Made by a program: the position numbers and the translations under genes
Origin: Prorocentrum cordatum
Lineage: Eukaryota
DNA length: 64,000 nucleotides
Assembly (NCBI GenBank): GCA_963575745.1
Contig: CAUYUJ010000046.1
Coordinates: 1-64,000 of the forward strand
Direction of reading: 5' to 3'
The notes under the pieces: generated by a model
Database searches by the model: none
Seen by the model: the letters and a program-made list of their open reading frames with translations, nothing else
Told to the model about the DNA's origin: nothing
Part shown: positions 37,501 through 50,618 of the stretch, piece by piece
How positions within the stretch are numbered: the stretch's first letter is position 1
Layout of the letters: each line of letters opens with the position of its first letter

Positions 37501-39960
37501 CACAGGGAAGCTGCTTCTTGGCCCACGCGCACATGGGCGGACGAGCCCGGGATGGCGCGAGCAGGGGGTCTGACGAAGACTCGGTCTACCTCCGCGGCCA
37601 TCAGTGCATGACGGTCGAACCTCGTCGGATGGCCGTTCTCGACCTTTACCGCGCATCCGAACCAGCGCTCCAATGAGCGTTGGCGCCGGTCGCCCGACGG
37701 AGCAGCGAGGTTCGCTTCCGGCGAGGTTGCCGATGCAGAGGACGCACTTGCCATCCGCGCGGCGAAAGACGACGGGGGCGCGTCGCGCACGTCGAAGTAG
37801 CCGAGCGCCACGGGGAGTCTGTCTCGAGGAGCGGCCGCCGCCCTTTTTCTGCAGACGGGAACACTCCAGCTGGATATCGGCACAATGCTGGGGTTTGAGG
37901 TCGTCGTCGCGGTCATTCACGAGGACGGGGCGGCGCTCCGCGCCGCAGAGCATCTCGACGAGGTCGACGCGGCCGTCGATGACCGCGCGCTGGCGGTAGG
38001 TAACGACGTCGGTACATGTCCACTCTGGCGAGGTAGTGAGGAAGCCGAGGAGGCCAGCTGCCAGCCGGCGGTGGTCGCGCTGAAGCCACCAGCGCAGGAG
38101 CCAACGAGGAACGCGAGGAACTTGCTGATGGCGAGGAAGTGGTTGGTGAGGAGCACGCTGAGCCAGAAGTCGTGCTGGAGTCCGACTCGGTCTCCGACCC
38201 AGCGCAGAAGGGCGCGCCAGGCAACTCGGGCTCGGGGGCGCCCGCGACTTGGACGGGAGGGCGGTCGGGAAACAGAGCAGACACACCACCTTTCCCCACA
38301 TTGTCAAAGCTGCTGTTGAATGCGAGACACGGGCCAGGCGGCCAGTCCAGACGTCGCACGTGCGAAGCATTGCCATGCACTTCCCGTGCAATGATGGCCT
38401 CCTGCCGCAGGCAGGTCTCGAGGGGCGTAATCATCCTCGCGCGGCGGCGCGGGTTCCAAAATATCAAGCCTCTGGCATTCCACGGGTCAGCGCGCGCGCC
38501 GCGGGCGAGAGTAGTCCACGGGGCCGAGCAAGCATTGCCCCCGCTGCATGCCCCGATCCTCCGCGAAGAACGCTTAGAACTCGGCAGCGACGCGGTCCTC
38601 GCCATGCCCGTAGCGGACGGCGAGCTGGACCTCCAGCTTGTCCAGCGGGGCGCCATCCAGCACGACGCGGCCCTTGGGTTTGTGGGCTTTGATTTGTTTC
38701 TCGAGATTCTTTTCACGTAGGAGGCGGCGCAGACGTGTCGCATGCATATTTCCTCTGATCTGCTTGTGGCCGCGATCAGAACTGACGCGAAGTGGGGCTC
38801 TCTCTCCCGCGACTGGATTGGCGGAGGAGTCGCGCCATCGTCCGCCGGTCTGTTTGCTGGGCTCTGGCCGAAGCTGTCGAGCGGGGCGAGGTCAGTGCGC
38901 GACCTCCCAGAAATTGACGCGCGAAGCGCTTGGAAGGGGGCGTCGCCGGCCAACTGGGCCATGCTGAGCTCGAGCCCCCCCTCGTTGACCCACTGCGCGA
39001 GGCCTTGGTAGACCGCCTGCGGGGAGACGATCTCGGCGGGGCCGATGGAGTAGATCGATGGGTCGGGAGCATTGTCCCAGTCCGCCAGGGCGACAGCGTC
39101 GATCGCAGATAGTTGGGCTTCCACGATGGCGAGCTGGCGCTGGATGTCAGCAGCGCGCGCTGCCGCTCGTCGTTGGGCTTCCTCTGCGTGAATGACACGT
39201 CGACGATGGTCTCCGACCGCAGACAAGGCGGCGTCGAGCCTGCGGTTGGTGGAGACGCGGAGCTGATCGACGGAGGCGGCAAGCGAAGTCGAGGCTTCGC
39301 AGCTGAAGGTGTCCATGGCGGCGTAGACGTGCTCAAGTAGTTGGGCACGTAGCTTGCCAACAATAGTTTGGAACGCTGCGGGTGTACCTTGAGCAAGAGC
39401 AACTCCAGGACCTTGGCTGGCGCGTTCGAGCTCACGTTCGGGATGAACTGGCGCAGGGGCCGGTGACTGCAGCGGCAAGGTGGAGGCGGTCAGGGAAACA
39501 GCCTCGAAGGTTTAGTCAGCTTGTCCTCCATTTTTCAGGTGGCACACGCACTCGGTGCGGAGGACGGGGAGCAGCGCCATGCCAGGGGTCTCCACCAGAC
39601 TGCTGAAGGGGATCTGGCAACGTTTCCCGTTCTCCTCCAGCGGTTTCGGCCACTGGTCCTTCTGCCCTCCTTTTCAGGTCGTACGGCGCAACGAGATGCG
39701 GAGCCTTGAGCAGCCATGGGAGCCGTGGCGCCACCCGGTGCGAGCTGACGAGGGGCGTTTGGATGTCGAAGTCCTTTTTCGCTGGTCAAATTGATATTCA
39801 GCTGCAGCCTCATCCCGATTTCCGTCTCGAGGTCCAGCTTCTCTACGAACTGGCGCGGGATGGTCCAGATCGATGTTGCCGCGGTTCAGCGTGGTCTCGG
39901 GCGCCAGTGGAGCCATCTGCCCGCGCTTGACGAGGTCCTTTTTCAACTACATATCTATAC

Positions 39961-39993
<33 letters not shown>

Positions 39994-40305
39994 AAATGTC
40001 CAGGTAGCTGTCCCCGATCTTGTCCACGCCAAGCAGTGTCGAAATCAGGTTTCGCAAAACCACGTCCACATACGTCCATTGCGGCTGGTGCTGCGGTCGT
40101 CGGGGGAGACCTCGTCCACAGGACCAGAGTAAGCTGCTTGACAGCGATATGGAGGCTACGCACGGCGGCGCAGGCATAGCGTGGGTGTCAGCTCACCCCT
40201 GAGTGGTGCTGGAAATGGTGGGGTATCTTCCGCGGCCTGGCGGTTTCCGTGTGGCCGCACGGCGATGCACGGCGACATGGCGACTTGAGACAAAATGGCC
40301 ACGGA
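34580..40305 (-). mobile_element. Non-LTR retrotransposon copy 3, L1/Tx1-like and heavily decayed; 3' end uncertain
   Basis: SL relic at the 5' end; coiled-coil ORF1 remnant in 37913..39478; APE remnants WNARGL, REVH, VDRVFV; RT remnants RNADCKIIA, IQRGVIRGRN, DAF, QGCPLS. Confidence 0.75.
40284..40305 (-). other. Relict spliced leader TCCGTGGCCATTTTGTCTCAAG (20/22)
   Basis: Followed by TCGCC-ATG; heads LINE copy 3. Confidence 0.92.
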
Positions 40306-42440
40306 TGGAGGAGGGGACGGAGGAGGAGGAGGAGGAGGAGGATGCGGAGGAGGAGGAGGAGGAGGAGGAGGAAGGGACGGACGACAAGGACGAGGACAAG
40401 GAGGAGGGAGGAGGGAGGAGGGATGATGATGATGATGATGATGAGGAGGAGGAGGAGGAGGAGGAGGAGGAGGAGGGAGGAGTAAAAATGGAAAGGACAA
40501 AGCATGAGTTCAAAAGGAAGATTGAGGAGGTGAGGAGGCGCAGCAATGCCGAGGAACATGCGGACGGGGACGTCCGCTGCGCTCTCGCGCCGAGTGCGCG
40601 GCGCGAGGCTCGGCGGGCCGGGGTGGCCCGCTCGCCTTGCTCGCTGGCGGCCCCCTCTCCTGGCAGGAAGCGGCCGCGCGCATGCTGCGGGCCCTCAGAG
40701 CTCATGGGCCGCAGCCGGGTCCAAACCCCGCCCAGTGGGTGGCCAATTGGGGGTCCCAGAGTCGTGTGGTGACAGACCCGGAGGTGACCCCGAAATCCCC
40801 AGAGACTTCACCGCAGGGTCTCTTCACCACACGGTCTCTTGGGACCCTGGAGGCCCCCGCCGCCCCAGACGTCCTCAGAGACCGACCCAGGTCCCAAACC
40901 CGTGCGGCGACCCCGAATCCCCACTGACTCACCACACGGTGTGGTCACCACCCGACTTGGGGGCCCCCGAGTCAGAGCCACCAGAAGGCGGAAAGCAGCA
41001 CCGGCGTTTCCGACCGTGGGTGGAGGTCTTGGGTCGGGGCGGGCCTCCCAGCCTGTGTCGAAACGGCCTCGGGATAGGAGCGGGGGTCCTCCTCCTCCTC
41101 CTCCTCCGCCTCCTCCTCCTCCTCCTCCTCCTCCTCCTCCTCCTCCTCCTCCTCCTCCTCCTCTCGACTCGACTCGAACCTTGGGCAGCCGGGGGTTCCG
41201 CTAAGGCACAGGCAGTGGCTGCTAGGGCATACTTCAGAAGGGGCGTGGCAACACGCCTATGGGAAGCCCCTACCCACGCAGGGCTTCAGGCCCCCACTTC
41301 GGCTCGGGGCCGGATGAGATGAATATGGAAATATGGACATATGGACAGGGGAGGGTTATGACGCTATGGCCCATCCCCTCCCCTAAACTCGCGAGTATTC
41401 GATGTTTGGCGGGCCTGCTGGAACGCTCGGCTTTGCGTCGGAACCCTCAGCCCCTCACCATCCTCCTCCTCCTCCTCCTCCTCCTCCTCATCATCATCAT
41501 CCTCCTCCTCCTCCCCCTCCTCCTCCTGCTCCTCCTCTGGGCCCAGTGTTGATGTGAGCAACTCCTTTGCCTCCCTGCCTGCCTGGCGTGCGTGCCATCT
41601 CCATTCGCACACGGTGCGCCGTTCGCCCTTCGTAAGAGTTCTGCGTGATCACCGTTTTAAGCGTCATCCGGGCCACCTTACACTGTTTGACGGCGTATGG
41701 TTGCGTATCTCCTGTTATCCCTGGGGAAAGAGGGCGCCCTGTCATTCTCCCTGGGGAATGCATGTGTGAATGCTTGTGCAGTTGGCCTTGCATTCTTCTG
41801 CCAGTCATCTACAGCATCTGATATAGAGCCGCAGAGGACCTGAGACGCTACCAAATAGGAGGAGGAGGAGGAGGAGGAGTAGGAGAAGGAGGAACAGGAG
41901 GAGGAACAGAAGGAGGATAAGGAGGAGGAGGAGGAGGAGGAGGAGGAGCAGCAGCATCACCAACGAGATGTGTCAAATTTCGGTCGCGCACGCACACACG
42001 CTCGAGGCCTACCAGGGCAGCAGGCCTGGCACACCTGCACCTTGTGGCGGGGAAAACAAAAAGAGGCTGCTCCAGACTACGGTTGGTAAGAAGCCGTCCA
42101 AGACTGCGGCTTGGCTCCCGTCATGATGGCGCGGACGTTGGTGCGCATCATTCGACCGATCCCCGTCCCCACTAGCATGGCCTTGGCCCCACTGGCCGAC
42201 TAATCCCTCTAGGGTGGAGGTGGGGATCTATACACCTACTTATGTCTCTATTGATGTATGTAAAGGGGCCCCAGGACACACAAATACACAAATAGATACA
42301 CACACATAAAACATATTCCCCATAGTTTCCCATATTTTCTGGATTTTCGTTCCCCCCCCACACACACTTCCAATATTTTCGCATATTTTCTGGGGAATCG
42401 ACGATCAATAGTGTCTGTGTGTTTCTTTCCCTCCTGAGTA

Positions 42441-43653
42441 TTCCCAGCCATCATGTGGTGTTGGGTCCTCTTTTTGAAAAAGACACTCCCCGCGTCTCCT
42501 CTCCTCTCCTCTCCTCTCCTCTCCTCTCCTCTCCTCTCCTCTCCTCTCCTCTCCTCTCCTCCTGCTTGTTCTCATGGTCCTCCTCGTCCTCCTCGTCCTC
42601 CTCCTCCTCGTCAAACTCGTCCTCCTCGTCCTCATCCTCGTCCTCGTCCTCCTCCTCCTCCCGCTCCTCCTCCTCCTGCTCCTCCTCCTCGTAAACACGC
42701 GATATGGAGACCTGTTAGATGGTGGATCGGGGGGAGGGGTGTGGATGGGTGGGGTGGACGGGGAGCGGTAGCAGACTGCCTTTGCACCGAAGGCCGAGTG
42801 CAAGCAACTACCCCGAGTCGGGGATGATTGGCCCAAAGGTCATAAGCCCCCCGCCGACGACGATCCGTGACGTTTTTGTTGTTTTTTACGTCGGGTTGGC
42901 CTTGCGCTGCAACGGGCCAAAAGGCCTAAAAGCCACGGGTCCCGAAGGCGACCCCCTTCGTATCGCCTGTGCAACGCGCCAGCAGCCCAGGCTCTCAGAG
43001 AACGATTGCGGACAGCTGCCCAGGCATCCGACTCCGACTCCGACTCCGACTCCTCATCATCCTCTTGTCACCCCCCTTACGTTGGCACACCCCTCGCATT
43101 CTTCGTGGCCCCATAAGGAACTCCACCGAAGGTTTCAGTGGTATGGTTCGCGTGCCGCCCCCCTTTCACTTTGGCACACTCTTCACACGTCTCGTTGCCC
43201 CTACACGGAGCTCCCCTGCAGACCCCAGTGGCAGGGTTCGCATGCCGCCCCCCGTCCAATTTGGCACACCCCTCATACGCTTCGTGGCCCCTACAGGGAA
43301 CTCCACCGAAGGCTCCTTTAGCATGGCTCGCATGCAGCCCCCTCGTCCACTTTGGCACACCCCTCACACGTTTCGTGGCCCCATAGGGAGCTACACCGAA
43401 AGGCCCCAGTGGCGGCGTCCGCATGCGTTTCCCCCACCCAATACAGCGCTTCGTAACCCTGTAGGGCGCTCAACCGAAGGCCTCAGTGGCGGTGTTCGCA
43501 TGCGTTTCCTGCACCCGGTGCATCGGTTCGTGGCCTCATAGGGCGCTCCACCGAAGGCCTCAGTGGCGGTGTCCGCGTGCGTTATGGCCACCCCGAAAGC
43601 AATACCCACAACGACGGTACTCACAACTGCGTACAGTTGGGTCCTTCGCCAGG
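42441..43653 (-). mobile_element. Satellite-carrying element, copy G (may be two pieces)
   Basis: Both termini on the minus strand; array at 43080-43575; (CTCCT)n at 42495-42560. Confidence 0.6.
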
Positions 43654-43779
43654 AACAGTGCTTTGTGTATTCATACATACACGACCACCCTTCGGGTGAT
43701 AAGAAGGGTGTGGGTGGGGAGAGGGGGGAACCAACATCTGATTCAATCGATGTCACTATCGTTTTTTTTTTAAACGGGG

Positions 43780-44890
43780 CACCACGGGACACCGCGGGAC
43801 ACTTGTCGATCTCACGATCGGTCTCACTATCGATCTCACGATCGATATCACTCAACGGGACACCACGGGACACCACGGGACAGCTCGGGAAACCACATCG
43901 ATTTCACGATCAACCTATCGATCTCACAATCGATCTCACTCAACGGGACACCGCGGGACACCACGGGACACCACGGGACACCTGCCGATCTCACAATCGA
44001 TCTCACTTTTTGGGTCACCACGGGACACCTCTGGGCACCATATCGATCTGATTATCGATCTCACGACCAATATCACTATCGATCTCACTCAACGGGACAC
44101 CACGGGACACCACAGGACACATGTCGATCTCACGATCGATATCACTATCGATCTCACTTGTTGGGACACCACGGGACACCTTGGGGCACCACATCGATCT
44201 CAGTATCGATATCAGTATCGGTTTCACGATTGATCTCACTATATCGATCCCACGCTCGATCTCACGATCGATCTCAGTCAACGGGACACCACGGGACACC
44301 TCTGAGCACCATATCGATCTCATTATCGATCTCACGACCAATATCACTATCGATCTCACTCAACGGGACACCACGGGACACCACAGGACACATGTCGATC
44401 TCACGATCGATATCACTATCGATCTCACTTGTTGGGACACCACGGGACACCTTGGGGCACCACATCGATCTCAGTATCGATATCAGTATCGGTTTCACGA
44501 TTGATCTCACTATATCGATCCCACGCTCGATCTCACGATCGATCTCAGTCAACGGGACACCACGGGACACCTCTGAGCACCATATCGATCTCATTATCGA
44601 TCTCACGACCAATATCACTATCGATCTCACTCAACGGGACACCACGGGACACCACAGGACACATGTCGATCTCACGATCGATATCACTATCGATCTCACT
44701 TGTTGGGACACCACGGGACACCTTGGGGCACCACATCGATCTCAGTATCGATATCACTATCGGTCGCACGATTGATCTCACTATAGATCTCACGATCGAT
44801 CCCACGCTCGATCTCACTACAGATCTCAACGGGACACCACGGGACACCACGGAACACCACGGGACACCACGGGACACCGCGGGACACCGC
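43780..44890. repeat. 271-bp higher-order tandem repeat built from a 12-mer (ATCGATCTCACN) and an 11-mer (GGGACACCACG)
   Basis: Near-identical units at ~44080, 44351 and 44622; identical ORFs offset by 271 bp in the track. Confidence 0.92.
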
Positions 44891-46154
44891 CAGCCACCGC
44901 CGGACGGACGGACGGGCGGGCGGGGGAAAATCATTTGTCTTGACGTCGCCCTAGCACCGGCGGACACCACTGGACACCACGGGACACCGCGTGACACCGC
45001 GAGTCACCGCCAGACGGACGGACGGGCGGGCGGGGGATAATCATTTGTCCTGATTTCGCCCCAGCAACGGCGGGTTCATTCCTCCCGCGCAACCACGCAG
45101 TTTCGCCTCGCCCGCACGCACAACACGAACGAAACGAAACGATTTCCGCGTTGGGGGTCTCCTTCCCGACGCGATCTCGCCCCCCAACCTCCGATATTTG
45201 AACCTCTTGCATGAACGAAAAAACAATATCCCGCAACACACACATACACACAGACACAAACACAAACACATACACATACACATACACATACATATACGCA
45301 CATTGTTTCGTCGGCGGCGAGGCAGAATTGGCTGCGCCAGCGATAGAGCTAAACGGGGCACCGAAAAGCGAATTGGCCAGCGTGCAGGAGCGGGACGAGG
45401 GCAAGGAGGGCGGCCGCGGAGAGGAGGAGAAGAGAAGGCCACCCAGAGGTGGAAGAGTGCTCACCTGAGTGCGCTAGCGCGGCCAGCTCCGCCAGCGGGA
45501 TCCATAGCAGCTGCCGGGTTGCGGCGCCAGGGCACCCACGGGCGATGACGGAGCCCAGTGCGGGTAAAGCAAATACATTCTCCAGTGACGTTGCCGATGA
45601 AGTAGGCGAGATACTTGGTCGACAGAACGAGAGCCGCAGGCCGCCCAGGTGGGTGGCACGTGACAGGGCACGGCAAGTACGTGTGCAGTCTAGGTTCGGA
45701 CTGCAACAAGCAAAATGCTGGGCCCGTGGAAGGGAACAGGCAGCAAGATCAAGCCCAGGTGCCCAACCATATGGGGAGGCTGCGAGCTGCGAGAGCCTCG
45801 CGAGCGCCACGGCGGCGCGCAGAAGTAGGGGGGGAAAGGGAACGGGGGGGGGGAGGGAGGGCGAGGGAGAGGAGCGCCCCGCCTGCAGGGAGATCCCCGC
45901 AGGCGGGGCGGAAGCGCTGGCGCCAGCGCCGGCGGGCGGTAGGCAGGCGGCCAGCGCACTGTGCTGCTGCGGACGTCTGCGCGCTGCCCCAGTCGGCGGC
46001 GGGCCAGTGTAGCTGAAGCACGTCCAGAGATGCCCAGCAGTGGGCAACTCTGTAACAACACTGTGACCAAGGCCGTGAGGCCGCGCGCTGCCGGGGTGGA
46101 CACTGCGGGCCAAGACTACGGGCATCTAATTGGTGCGAAAGCTGTTTGAGAGAT

Positions 46155-46166
46155 GCACGCACACAT

Positions 46167-46197
<31 letters not shown>

Positions 46198-46218
46198 CGA
46201 AACACACACACACACACA

Positions 46219-46292
<74 letters not shown>

Positions 46293-46470
46293 AACAAACA
46301 CACACACACACACATTCACACACACACACACATACACACACACAAAAAACACAGACACAAGCACAACTACACATAAACACAAACACAAACACAAACACAA
46401 GCACAGACACAAGCACAAGCACACACACACACACACACACTCTCATACGCTCTCACACACACACACACAC
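46155..46470. repeat. (CA)n/(GCAC)n microsatellite
   Basis: Seen directly. Confidence 0.95.
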
Positions 46471-46839
46471 CAGAAAATCCCAGGGAACCTTTCGTACGGC
46501 CTTCCCCCGACGACGACGACGACCACGACGACGACGAGATTGACGAGGACGACGACGATGACGACGACGAAGACGACGACGACAGCGGAGACCAGAACGT
46601 AGACGAGAACGAGGACGAGAAGAACGAGGACGAGGAGGACAAAGGCGAGGAGGACAAGGACGAGGGCGAGGAGGACGAGGACGAGGACGAGGGCCAGGTG
46701 AAAGAGCAGCAGCAGCAGCAGGAGCAGCGGCAGCCGGCGGCCCCGCCGCACAGCGGGGCACCGCGCCTTCACCGATCGGGCTGCGCGGCGAGATTATTGA
46801 CGTCGCCGCGGTGCAGAGTAGGGCGACGGAATCTACACC

Positions 46840-47030
46840 CGTCGGCCGGAAGAAGTGGGTAAAGACATGAGGTATGAAGGCGGATGAAATGAATTGGGCT
46901 CAGGACCTCCCGGAGATGAACAGAACCCAGCAACAGCATGCCGATTCTTGAGGTAGGAGGGCGCTTGAAGCAGCTTGAGATCTGGGAATCCAGAAATACC
47001 TGCTTTTCCAGCGACCGGCGTGTACACAGC
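46840..47030. repeat. Diverged dispersed repeat; second copy at ~57935-58120
   Basis: Shared CGGAAGAAGT..GATTCTTGA..GGCGCTTGAAG..GATCTGGGAATC..CGACCGGCGTGTAC. Confidence 0.7.
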
Positions 47031-47347
47031 CACTGCTCCCTGGTCAGGCCCACCCCGAACCCAGCAGCGGTGTCCCACGCCGCGCCCTCCCGGCTTGGCC
47101 GGGAGGGCGCCAGCACCCAGCTCCTGGGCTCGGGACGGGCCTTGCCAGGGAGCAGCGGAGACGTATAGACTTCGTCGCCCGACAGTGCGCGACCGTTGCT
47201 CGGCGGCGTGCCCGAGGGGAGAGGCATGGGGGAAGCGGACCCTCCCAGAAGCCACAGGAAAGGGAAATGGTCGCAGAAGGACACACCGGTGCCATGTGTC
47301 CTCCGTGGAGGCGTGCGTCCGACCAGATCATACGGCACAACAGCACT

Positions 47348-47511
47348 GTGGGGGCATTGGATAAGGAGCCCTTAGATAAGGAATCCAGGGACTGGAGGCC
47401 GGTGGAACTCCAATCGAGGCTTGGCCATGGATATCACCGCCGCCCTCATCAGATAAGGAATCCTCCAGGGTCTGCAGCATCCTGGGCGCATTCCTTAACC
47501 AACGCCCCCAC
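47348..47511. mobile_element. MITE family 3 (TIR GTGGGGGCATTGGATAAGGA); second copy at ~52046-52210
   Basis: 20-bp TIR with 2 mismatches; homologous copy directly beyond the 5' end of LINE copy 4. Confidence 0.7.
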
Positions 47512-47899
47512 CGTATGATCGTGCATCGCTTCCCGAGCGGTGTGGCCAGAGAGCGACCGCCACACAGCTCATGCCACAACTTGTTCTTCAGCGCGCGTGC
47601 CGCCCAAGCGGGGCCGACACAGCTACACACATAGCAGGAGCACGGCAATGGCATTTTTTTTATCTGTGTGGGCGCCGAGCGGGCTCGGCGGATTCTTGCA
47701 TAAATTCAAGGCGGAGAGGCGGAGGGCCGCGCGGGCGCTAACAGCCGCCTGCCGAGGCCGCCTCAGCCCTCGGCGCGCGTCCCCGCGCGGCCTGCGCGGG
47801 CGGCCGCTGCCGTCGCGGCTCGCCCGCGCTCGCGGGCCGCCGCTGCGTCCGCGAAGCCGTGGGCTCCACGTACACCCTCGAGCCCTGGGCGGGGCCGCC

Positions 47900-50500
47900 G
47901 CGGCTCGGCGGCCTCCTCCCGCGGGGCCGCCGCGGCCAGCCGCCGCGTAGCCGCGGCGCTCGGCGGCGCAGCCGCCTGGCTCCCAGCGCCAGCCGCAGGC
48001 GGTGGGGGCTGGGCGGCTGCTGGCAGCCGCTGCGCTGGCACGGGCGTTGCCGCGAGCGCCTGCCCCTCCGCGCCGTGGCCCTGCCTGGCCTGGAGCGCCG
48101 CCGCCCAGCGCCGGCGCGTGCACTCCGTTGGCGAGGCCAGCGGCGCGATCGGCTCCTTCGACGCTGGCAGGATGCCGCGAGCGAAGTCCGACCGCGCCTG
48201 GGCTCTGGATCCCTTCTTGCACTTGGGCTGCCCAGCCGCCGCGCTGGCCCCGCACTGCTTGCCCAGGCCGCGGCGCGCGTACCTGGGGAGGCGGCAGTAC
48301 ATCCAGCAAGCCGCGCAGACCAAGAAGGGCTCGGAGTCGTCTCCTTCGACTCTCGACTCCATGAGGAGGTGGCCGTTGACCCTCCATCCCGCTGGACGGG
48401 CTGCATCAGCCGCCTCCGCAGTGGCTGGTCCGCTGCTCGCCGCCTCCGCCGCCGCCAGGCGCGGGCAGGGCGCGGGGGCTGAGGCCTCGCGGCGCCTCGG
48501 CTGCACCTGCGCCCTGCGCTGGGCGACACGTCGCAGGGCATCCGCGGGCGACTCGGCCGAGGCGGGGCGGCGCCTCATGGGCGAAGGGCGCGAGCTGGAG
48601 GCGCCAGCAGCCGCCGCCGCTGCCAGGGCCGCCGCCGTGGCGAGGAGGGGGCCGCCGTCAGCCGCCGAGGCCTGCGCCTCGGCGTAGCCACCGCAAAGCT
48701 CCGCGTCGATCTCCTTCACGTTGCCATCGCCATACAGCGCGACGTGCTCCGCGTCGCGTGGCGCCTGGCGAACCTGCCGCGGGCGGCGCACCAAGGGGGC
48801 AGCTGGGGGCGGCAGGCTGCTGTCTGCAGGCCGCGGCGGCTGCCCAGGGCCTCCGCCAGCGGCGTGCCCGACAGCGGCGGCGCCTCGCGGCCCTCGGGGA
48901 GCTCGATGGGTTCCGAGATGCCGCTGCCGCGCACCAGCGCCGCGCCGTCAGGAGCAGCCACCAGCGCGTCCAGCTCCGCGAAGCCAGCCGCGCGCACCCC
49001 CACGTCGTGCTTCTTCCCGAACTGGCCGCGCCCCTGGGACTGCGACTTCGGTGGGCTGAATCCACCTGTCCCAGGGGCGGGCTCCGCCGCGGCGGCGAAC
49101 AGGGGGTCGGCCTCGCCGTCGAGCTCCGCCGCAAAGTAGGGGGTGAGGTCCCGCAAGCCCGACTCCGTGTCCTGGACCTCGAACTCGGCGGCGAAGCGCG
49201 CCGCGAAGCGGGTGCGGGCCTGGCAGCCCTGGAGCAGTCGGGCCTCCTCGTCGGCGATGGCGTGCATCGCCGCGCCCGCCTTCGCGAGCTGGCCCACGAG
49301 GCGGTTGCCGAAGAGCTCCACCTCCATGAGGCCGCCCCGCTCGATGGCCGCCCGCGAACGGGAGGGGATGAGCTTCAGGGCAGACGGCGCCGCACCCCTC
49401 GCCTGCACCGCCCACTCGCCAACGGTCGTGAGAACCGCCACCGACCAGACCGCGCTCCTGATCATCAGGTCGTTGTTGACGCAGGAGCCGCCCGTGAAGA
49501 CGAGGGCGCCCGCGGGCACCACGAGTGCGCCCGCGTCCCAGCCGCGCGAGCGGCGCGCCCCGCCAGGGTCACAGCGCGGCCTCTGCACCTGGTACTGGGC
49601 GCCGACGAAGAGGTCCTGGCAGAAGAGCTCCTCGTAGCGGTGGCCTATCAAGCTCACCAACTCGGCAGTTCGCTTGAAACGGTCGTGGTCGGTCCGCGCG
49701 TAGAACTTGCCGACGAGATAGACTGAGGCTGCCCCAAAGCCAAGCTGGCGGGCGAGCGCGAGCCCCAGGTTGTGTGGGTAGACCGCCATGTCACAGCTGT
49801 TCGCATCCTTGCCCCAGATCAAAGTGGGCTGGTGGTCCTTCTCCCACTTGACACCGTAGCGGCGGCGCACCCTGCGCCAGATGCGCAACCACTTGCCCAT
49901 GAGGCCGATCGGGCGGCGGCCTCCGTCTGGCTTCCCCAGGAAGAGGAACACCGTGGTGAAGAGGGCCGCGGGCTGCGGCTGCAACACCCAAGCCGTGAGC
50001 ACCTCTGCCATCATATCGGCGAAGGGCCTGCCCTGGGAGAGGACCAGCCGCAGGTGGAACGCATCCCAGCCCAGAGCGGTCTGCTTCGGGAGCGACTTCG
50101 CCGCCTCGAAGCTGTCGCCCACCGTGAACGGGGGCAGCACCATGGAGCAGATCCAATCGGCTGGTCTGGTCCTGTGCTCCCTATCGGCTCCTTTCCAGGG
50201 GGCCTTCCACTCTATGCGGATCTGGTTCTGGGCTTGCTGGACTACAACGGGGAGCTTCAGCCAGTCGGGGCAGTGCGCGATCACCGAGTCCAGCACCTGA
50301 TCGCGGCCCTGCATGACAACGCGGGCTCCTTTCGCCCCTTTCGTCGAGGCCACGTCCACGTAGTCCATCCAGCGCAGCCTGGCCGCCTTGGCTTCTTCTT
50401 TGCAGAGTCTCGCCGCCGCGCTCTCGATCATCTGCAGGAAGGCCTGCCATTGCACAGAGGGCTCTTGGATCACCACAGTCAGCGAGTCCAGCTTAGTGCC
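47900..50500 (-). pseudogene. Truncated ORF2 of LINE copy 4 (N-terminal half of RT joined to a decayed RNase H and a Cys domain; no APE seen)
   Basis: LGKPDGGRRPIGL...GKFY, then LVFTGGSC...FGNRLVGQLAKAGAAMH; FLVCAACWMYC in ORF 47738..48541; boundaries approximate. Confidence 0.75.
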
Positions 50501-50618
50501 TTCAAACATGGAGCAGCCCGCCTGCTCGAACTTGCTGGGCGCCGCCGCCTCTGCCTCCTCAGCCCCGACTGGGACGGGCGGCGCCGCGCTTACGGGGCCG
50601 CCGCCTGGCAGCAGGGTG

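Noticed and set aside
45460..46030. Possible coding or LINE fragment
   Set aside because: No diagnostic motifs; open frames are explained by high GC content.
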